A stretch of DNA of 29,954 nt from NCBI GenBank assembly GCA_031459535.1, contig JAVKIJ010000035.1:1-29954 (forward strand), written 5' to 3'. Shown piece by piece: positions 25,117 through 29,954 of the stretch. Each line of letters starts with the position of its first letter. Position 1 is the stretch's first letter. The notes under the pieces were generated by a model. That model was not told the DNA's origin. It saw only the letters and a program-made list of their open reading frames with translations, and did no database searches. The position numbers and the translations under genes were made by a program. Source of the stretch: Candidatus Fervidifonticultor quintus. Lineage in GTDB: Bacteria > Sysuimicrobiota > Sysuimicrobiia > Sysuimicrobiales > Humicultoraceae.

Positions 25117-26652
25117 ATGATGCGCAACCGGCTGGAGATCACCGGCCAGGCGCTGATCCGCAATGGATTGCTCAATATTGCCGGCCAGGGGCTTCCGTTT
25201 CTCTTCGGTCTGTTGAGCATGCCCGTTGTCGTGCACGGCCTGGGGGCCGAGCGACTCGGCTTGCTGATCTTCACCTGGACACTCCTCGGGGTGCTCGGTA
25301 TCGCCGATCTGGGGCTGGGTCCGGCCGTCACCAAACATGTGGCCGAGGCGCTGGGGCGGGGCGATCACGGCGCCATCCCCGGCATCCTCTGGTGGGCCGC
25401 GCTGGGTCAGGTGGTGCTGGGTGGCATGGCGGCGCTGCTCCTGGCCTCGGGGGCAGGGATGCTGGTGCGAGAGATGCTCCACGTGTCACCCGCCTTGCAT
25501 GAGGAGGCCACTGGCGCCTTTCGCTTGGCAGCGCTCACGTTTCCCATTGTCTTAGTGTCGACCTCGTTTCGTAGTGCGCTGGAAGCGGCTCAGCGGTTCG
25601 ACGTGGCCGCGGCGTACAAAGCCGCATCGGGTTCGGCCACCTTCCTGATCCCCATGTTGGGGACCCTGGTGAGCACGGATCTGGTGGGGATCATGGCGGC
25701 GTTGTTGGTGGCGCGGCTGCTGCTCTTGGCGGTTCTGGTGAGGGTGGCAGTGCGGTCTCTTCCCGCAAGGCCCACACGGCATGCCATGCACGCTGCAATC
25801 CTGCCACGGCTCTTGGTGTTCGGCGGATGGGTGACCATCTCCGGCCTGGCCGGACTGGTGCTCACCTATACTGATCGGTTCATCATCGGCGGCAGGCTTG
25901 CCATGAGTGCCCTGGCCTACTACAGCGTCCCGCAGGAGATGATCGCGCGGCTTACTGTGATCTCTGCCAGCGCGGTGGCGGTTCTGTTTCCCGCGTTCAG
26001 CGCGCTAGGTGGTGCTGGTGATCTGGGAGGGCTACAGCGGTTGTTCTACCGGTCGGCGAAGTACATGGTCCTGACCGTCCTCCCCGCATTTGGCTTGATC
26101 GCGGTGGTCGCCCCGGACATTCTGCGCGTCTGGCTCGGCCCTGATCTGGCAGGGCGCAGCGCCGCGGTCTTGAGAATCCTCGCTGTCGGCGCAGGTGTGC
26201 AGACGCTTGGCGTCATACCTTACACGCTGCTGCAGGGCCTGGGGCGCTCGGACCTGACCGCGAAGATTCATCTCATCGAGGCTCCTGCCTATGTGGCTGT
26301 GCTGGCTATCCTGGTGGGTGCAGCTGGCATCGTCGGTGCAGCGGCGGCTTGGTCTGGAAGAATGGTCATCGAGACCATTCTGCTGTATCTGGCGGCGGGC
26401 CGCATACGCGGCGGCTTGGGCGACGCGCCACGGGATGCACGGTGCATGGCCGGCGGTGCCATCGTCTTGTGCGGTGCCTCGGCAGTGGTGTACGTGCTCC
26501 CGCTGCCAGTGGCCCAGCGGGCCGTGCTCCTGACCATCGTGGTCGTCCTGTTCGGACGATGGGTCTGGCGCGTCGCGCTGGATGCGGAGGAACGAGAGGG
26601 AATTGCGCGGATGATCGCGGCCTGGAGGTCGGCGTGGCCAAGGCCCCGATGA
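25117..26652 (+). CDS. wzx: Wzx-type polysaccharide flippase
   Basis: Many TM segments. LIRNGLLN, LGAERLG, DLGLG.A, TDRFIIG, YYS, LFPAFS, GIVGAAAAW. Confidence 0.88.
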   Translation: MMRNRLEITGQALIRNGLLNIAGQGLPFLFGLLSMPVVVHGLGAERLGLLIFTWTLLGVLGIADLGLGPAVTKHVAEALGRGDHGAIPGILWWAALGQVVLGGMAALLLASGAGMLVREMLHVSPALHEEATGAFRLAALTFPIVLVSTSFRSALEAAQRFDVAAAYKAASGSATFLIPMLGTLVSTDLVGIMAALLVARLLLLAVLVRVAVRSLPARPTRHAMHAAILPRLLVFGGWVTISGLAGLVLTYTDRFIIGGRLAMSALAYYSVPQEMIARLTVISASAVAVLFPAFSALGGAGDLGGLQRLFYRSAKYMVLTVLPAFGLIAVVAPDILRVWLGPDLAGRSAAVLRILAVGAGVQTLGVIPYTLLQGLGRSDLTAKIHLIEAPAYVAVLAILVGAAGIVGAAAAWSGRMVIETILLYLAAGRIRGGLGDAPRDARCMAGGAIVLCGASAVVYVLPLPVAQRAVLLTIVVVLFGRWVWRVALDAEEREGIARMIAAWRSAWPRPR

Positions 26653-26655
26653 GCG

Positions 26656-27597
26656 ATGGCCGTTCACCCGTTAGATGTCATGGGCACTGATCCCTCGCCG
26701 GTGAAGAGGCGGCTGGAGGAGGTGCGCGGTCAGCGGGACTTCTTCAGGCCCTCCACCCGGAGAGACCGGTTACAGCACCATCCGGTGCAGACCCTCGTCG
26801 CTACCGCGTTCAGCCGGGCGAAGCGCTTCACGAACGGGAAGATTTGCGCGCGGGTGCGAGCGAGGACATTCTGGGGCGACGTTATGCACGTACTGCTGCC
26901 AGAGGGATCACCGATCTATTACTGGGGGTTGATTGACGGTGAGGAGTTCAACCTCACCTGCTTCATGGTGGACCGGCTCGGCATCGGGCAGACCGTCATC
27001 GACGTCGGCGCCCACTTCGGGTACTATACCCTGCTGGCGTCGGCGCTGGTGGGTGAGACTGGCGGCGTCCATGCTTTCGAACCTACGCCGAGGACGTTCA
27101 GCATTCTGGCGGCGAATACCTCGGGTCGCCAGGGAGCGATCGTCCACCAGAAAGCCATGTGGAAGGCCGAACAGACCCTCATGCTGGTCGACTTTGGACC
27201 GCAGGCGGGCGCGTTCAACACGCTCCTGAGCCGGCAGGAAGATGCGCGCCGGAACATTCTCGAGCGGTATGGCAGGACGGCCTCGGTGCTGCCCGTGGAG
27301 GCCACGACGTTGGACGCCTACTGTCGAGAGCGGGGAGTGCGACCCTCGTTCATCAAAATTGACGCCGAGGGGGCGGAGTACCAGATCGTGCTGGGGGCCA
27401 CGACGGTGCTACGGTGTCAACCGGTGCTGTCTGTGGAGATCTGGGGTCGAGAAGGCCGACTCAACAATGCCGAGCGGATCATGGGGCTGCTCCGTGACTT
27501 CTCGTACGAGCCCTGCTCCTTGCGGCAGGGCCGCCTCACTGCGTATCGCTTCGATCCGGAGCGCGACTTCGTCAACGTGGTCTTTGGGCCACGGTGA
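26656..27597 (+). CDS. FkbM-family SAM-dependent methyltransferase
   Basis: DVGAHFGYYTL, VHAFEP, TTLD, FIKIDAEGAE. Confidence 0.9.
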   Translation: MAVHPLDVMGTDPSPVKRRLEEVRGQRDFFRPSTRRDRLQHHPVQTLVATAFSRAKRFTNGKICARVRARTFWGDVMHVLLPEGSPIYYWGLIDGEEFNLTCFMVDRLGIGQTVIDVGAHFGYYTLLASALVGETGGVHAFEPTPRTFSILAANTSGRQGAIVHQKAMWKAEQTLMLVDFGPQAGAFNTLLSRQEDARRNILERYGRTASVLPVEATTLDAYCRERGVRPSFIKIDAEGAEYQIVLGATTVLRCQPVLSVEIWGREGRLNNAERIMGLLRDFSYEPCSLRQGRLTAYRFDPERDFVNVVFGPR

Positions 27598-28454
27598 ACC
27601 CCATGGCAGCGCCACTGGCCTCCGTGGTCATGCCGGTCCACAATGCGGTGGCCACCGTGGAGGCAGCCGTCAGAAGCCTGCTGCGCCAGACCTATGCCGA
27701 TCTGGAGATCATCGTGGTTGACGACGGGTCCACAGACGACTCGGCTGGCGTCGTCGAGCGCGTCGGTGGCCAAGGCGTGCGCGTGATTCGAGCACTGCAC
27801 CGGGGTGTCGTCGCCGCCCGCAACACGGGGTGCCGTCTTGCCCGCGGGCGGTACCTGGCGTGCTTGGACGCCGATGATGTGGCCCACGAACGCCGGCTGG
27901 CCGCGCAGGTCGAATACCTGACGCGGCATCCGGACGTGGGGCTGCTGGGTACATGGGCGCAGTTTGAGGACGAGACGGGGAGGACATGGCGGTTCGAGCC
28001 GCCCACCGCCGATCGAGCGCTGCGCCGCTATCTGCTGCGGGACAACCCCTTCGTTCACAGCTCGGTCATGTTCCGCCGGGAGGCGTACGAGGCCGCCGGC
28101 GGCTATCCCGACGGCCCTGACGAGGACTACCGGCTCTGGGTCCGGATCGCGCGATCCTGGCAGCTCGGCATCCTTCCCGAAGTGCTTGTGACACACCGCA
28201 TCCGTCGCGGCAGCTACAGCCGCGCCAGAGGCAGGCGCCAGGCACTGTGGAACAGGCTGGCCGTCCAGTGGGAGGCGGCGAGGACGCTGGGGCCGTGGCA
28301 TGCGGCCCTTCCGGCGCTCGCTGCCACTATCGGTGTCGCGGCCGTCGCCGCGCTGGGAAGTTGCCCGGACGCAGTGCTGAGGCGTGCCGCCGTGGCGGGG
28401 GCCACCCGCTGGCGGGGCGTTCGTGAGGTTCGCGGCGAGGACCGAAGGTTCTAG
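27594..28454 (+). CDS. Glycosyltransferase family 2
   Basis: SVVMPVHN, VDDGSTD, ARNTG, LDADD, HSSVMFR, EDY.LW. Confidence 0.92.
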   Translation: MNPMAAPLASVVMPVHNAVATVEAAVRSLLRQTYADLEIIVVDDGSTDDSAGVVERVGGQGVRVIRALHRGVVAARNTGCRLARGRYLACLDADDVAHERRLAAQVEYLTRHPDVGLLGTWAQFEDETGRTWRFEPPTADRALRRYLLRDNPFVHSSVMFRREAYEAAGGYPDGPDEDYRLWVRIARSWQLGILPEVLVTHRIRRGSYSRARGRRQALWNRLAVQWEAARTLGPWHAALPALAATIGVAAVAALGSCPDAVLRRAAVAGATRWRGVREVRGEDRRF

Positions 28455-28459
28455 AAGCC

Positions 28460-29575
28460 ATGCGGCGCTATCTCTCGCATCCTGGGTACTACGGGCGCCG
28501 GGTGCTCCTGCGCGCCGTCGAACGGATCACCGGGCGCCTGCACCTGGAGACCCACCTGGATCGTCTCCTCATCGAGGGCGCGGTCTCGCTCCAGGGGCGC
28601 CCCGCGTCCGCCGATACGGGTCCCGGGCGGGGGCTGCGGCTCCTCTACGTGGCCCAGAAGTTCGACTACGGAAATGTGAGCCGCGGCTATAGCTATGAGG
28701 AGAACCACTTCTTGCCCGCGCTGGTCGCGCTGGGCTTCGATCTGATCCGGTTCGACTCGCTGACCCTGCTGCGGCGCCTGGGCCGCCGGCGTGCCAGCGA
28801 GCTGCTCGTCGAACTGGCGTTCCGGACGAAGCCCGACCTGGCCTTCTTCGTCCTGTTCAGGGATGACGTTGACGCCGACGCCGTGGACGAACTGCGCCGC
28901 CTGGGTTGCCTGACCTTCAATTGGTTCGCGGATGACCACTGGCGGTTCGAGGGCTTTTCCAGCCGCTGGGCGCCCCACTTCTCATGGGCGATCACCACAG
29001 ACCCGCGGGCCGTGTCCCGGTATCGCGACCGGGGCATCGTGAACGTGGTTCGGTCCCAGTGGGGGGTCAACCACCGGCTCTACCGGCCGCTGGGCCGGCC
29101 GCGGCGCTACTCCGTGACGTTCATCGGCCAGCCCCACGGCAACCGCCGCCAGGTGCTGGACGCGCTGCGCCGCGCCGGGTTCCCGGTCGAGGCGTGGGGG
29201 TACGGCTGGCCGCGCGGCAAGCTGTCGACCCGACAGGCTGTCGAGGTTATCAACCAGTCAACGATCAACCTCAACCTGTCCAACGCCAGCACCGGCGAGG
29301 TTGGGCAGATCAAAGGCCGTGACTTCGAGGTGCCCGCGTGCCGGGGGTTGCTGCTCACGCAGCCTGTCGAGGCGCTGGACGACTACTTCGTGCCCGGCGT
29401 CGAGGTCTTGACGCACGGCGACCTGGAGGATCTCGTGGCAAAGATCCGGTGGGTCCTCGCCCATCCCGTAGAGGCAGATCGGATCCGGGAAGCCGGATAC
29501 CGTCGCGTCTTGCGCGACCACACTTACGAGCGCAGATTTACCGAGATCTTCCGACAGGCCGGCGTATTCCCGTAA
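28460..29575 (+). CDS. CgeB-like GT-B glycosyltransferase
   Basis: NWFADDHW, VTFIGQPHGNR, SxINLN, IKGRDFEVPAC, GYRRVLRDHTYERR. Confidence 0.85.
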   Translation: MRRYLSHPGYYGRRVLLRAVERITGRLHLETHLDRLLIEGAVSLQGRPASADTGPGRGLRLLYVAQKFDYGNVSRGYSYEENHFLPALVALGFDLIRFDSLTLLRRLGRRRASELLVELAFRTKPDLAFFVLFRDDVDADAVDELRRLGCLTFNWFADDHWRFEGFSSRWAPHFSWAITTDPRAVSRYRDRGIVNVVRSQWGVNHRLYRPLGRPRRYSVTFIGQPHGNRRQVLDALRRAGFPVEAWGYGWPRGKLSTRQAVEVINQSTINLNLSNASTGEVGQIKGRDFEVPACRGLLLTQPVEALDDYFVPGVEVLTHGDLEDLVAKIRWVLAHPVEADRIREAGYRRVLRDHTYERRFTEIFRQAGVFP

Positions 29576-29954
29576 GGTCAGCGGACAGCAGCTCCGTCAG
29601 CTCATCCGCGATGTGCTGCGCCCCGCCTGGCGGACCCATGCGCTGCCGGCCCACCGCCCCGCGCCGCTCCCGCTCTGCCGGATCGTGCAACAGGCGTACG
29701 ACCGCCGCCGCCGCCTCGCCCCAGTGCCGCGTCGGCACCAGCGCGTCTCCCAGCAGACGGTGCTGCATGCCGAGGAACGCGCGCCCGAACTGGGCGCTGT
29801 GACCGGGAAAGGCCACGACCGGCCGGCCCAGACCCGCGGCCTGCTCGTGGGCGGTGCCGGCCATGCCCAGGATCACCCACGCGCGCGCCACCGCATCGGC
29901 GAACGCCCGTGTGAGTTTCGTGCGGGCCCGCCCCAGCGTCAGGTCGCCGTCGGC
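29538..29954 (-). CDS. Lipid-A-disaccharide-synthase-related GT-B protein, C-terminal part (5' end outside the window)
   Basis: Frame is open to the window edge. FADAV...GMAGTAHEQAAGLGRPVVAFPG..AQF, RMGPPGGA..IA. Confidence 0.75.
   Translation of the reverse strand, partial: ADGDLTLGRARTKLTRAFADAVARAWVILGMAGTAHEQAAGLGRPVVAFPGHSAQFGRAFLGMQHRLLGDALVPTRHWGEAAAAVVRLLHDPAERERRGAVGRQRMGPPGGAQHIADELTELLSADLTGIRRPVGRSR

Noticed and set aside
1-29954. CRISPR array, tRNA/rRNA, IS or integrase, selenoprotein read-through
   Set aside because: I saw no spaced direct repeats, RNA gene signatures, transposase motifs, or in-frame TGA at catalytic Cys positions. Intergenic gaps are too short to hold such elements.

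Overview
GC-rich bacterial chromosomal window that is almost entirely coding, with about 32 genes, mostly on the + strand. An LptA/OstA-like gene suggests a diderm. In order it holds: a Bacillus-type branched-chain 2-oxoacid dehydrogenase cluster (E3, E1a, E1b, E2) with lipA; a convergent TrxR-type ferredoxin-NADP reductase; a putative operon of moeB/moeZ, two Zn polyol-type dehydrogenases and a cupin; an iscA-nfu unit with its own promoter and terminator; rtcB; an acyl-CoA dehydrogenase; a YitJ-type Hcy methyltransferase/MTHFR; an SRPBCC protein; an Mrp ATPase lacking CxxC; a secreted TPR protein; an LptA-like protein; a class I aldolase; an AroE-like protein; an MDR oxidoreductase; a MoaD-MoaE fusion; an M48 peptidase; an MNT-HEPN pair; a PHP hydrolase; a polysaccharide block (wzx, FkbM methyltransferase, GT2, CgeB-like GT); and a partial LpxB-related gene. 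I saw no rRNA, tRNA, CRISPR array or transposase. The best candidate for an undescribed system is the dehydrogenase-dehydrogenase-cupin trio (7391-9893). The cupin resembles MTXu-5P methylsulfurylase, and the two dehydrogenases have opposite predicted cofactor preferences. Together they suggest an RLP-independent, two-step redox route from SAM by-products to DXP. This is inference. All family calls come from motif recognition by eye, with no database search.
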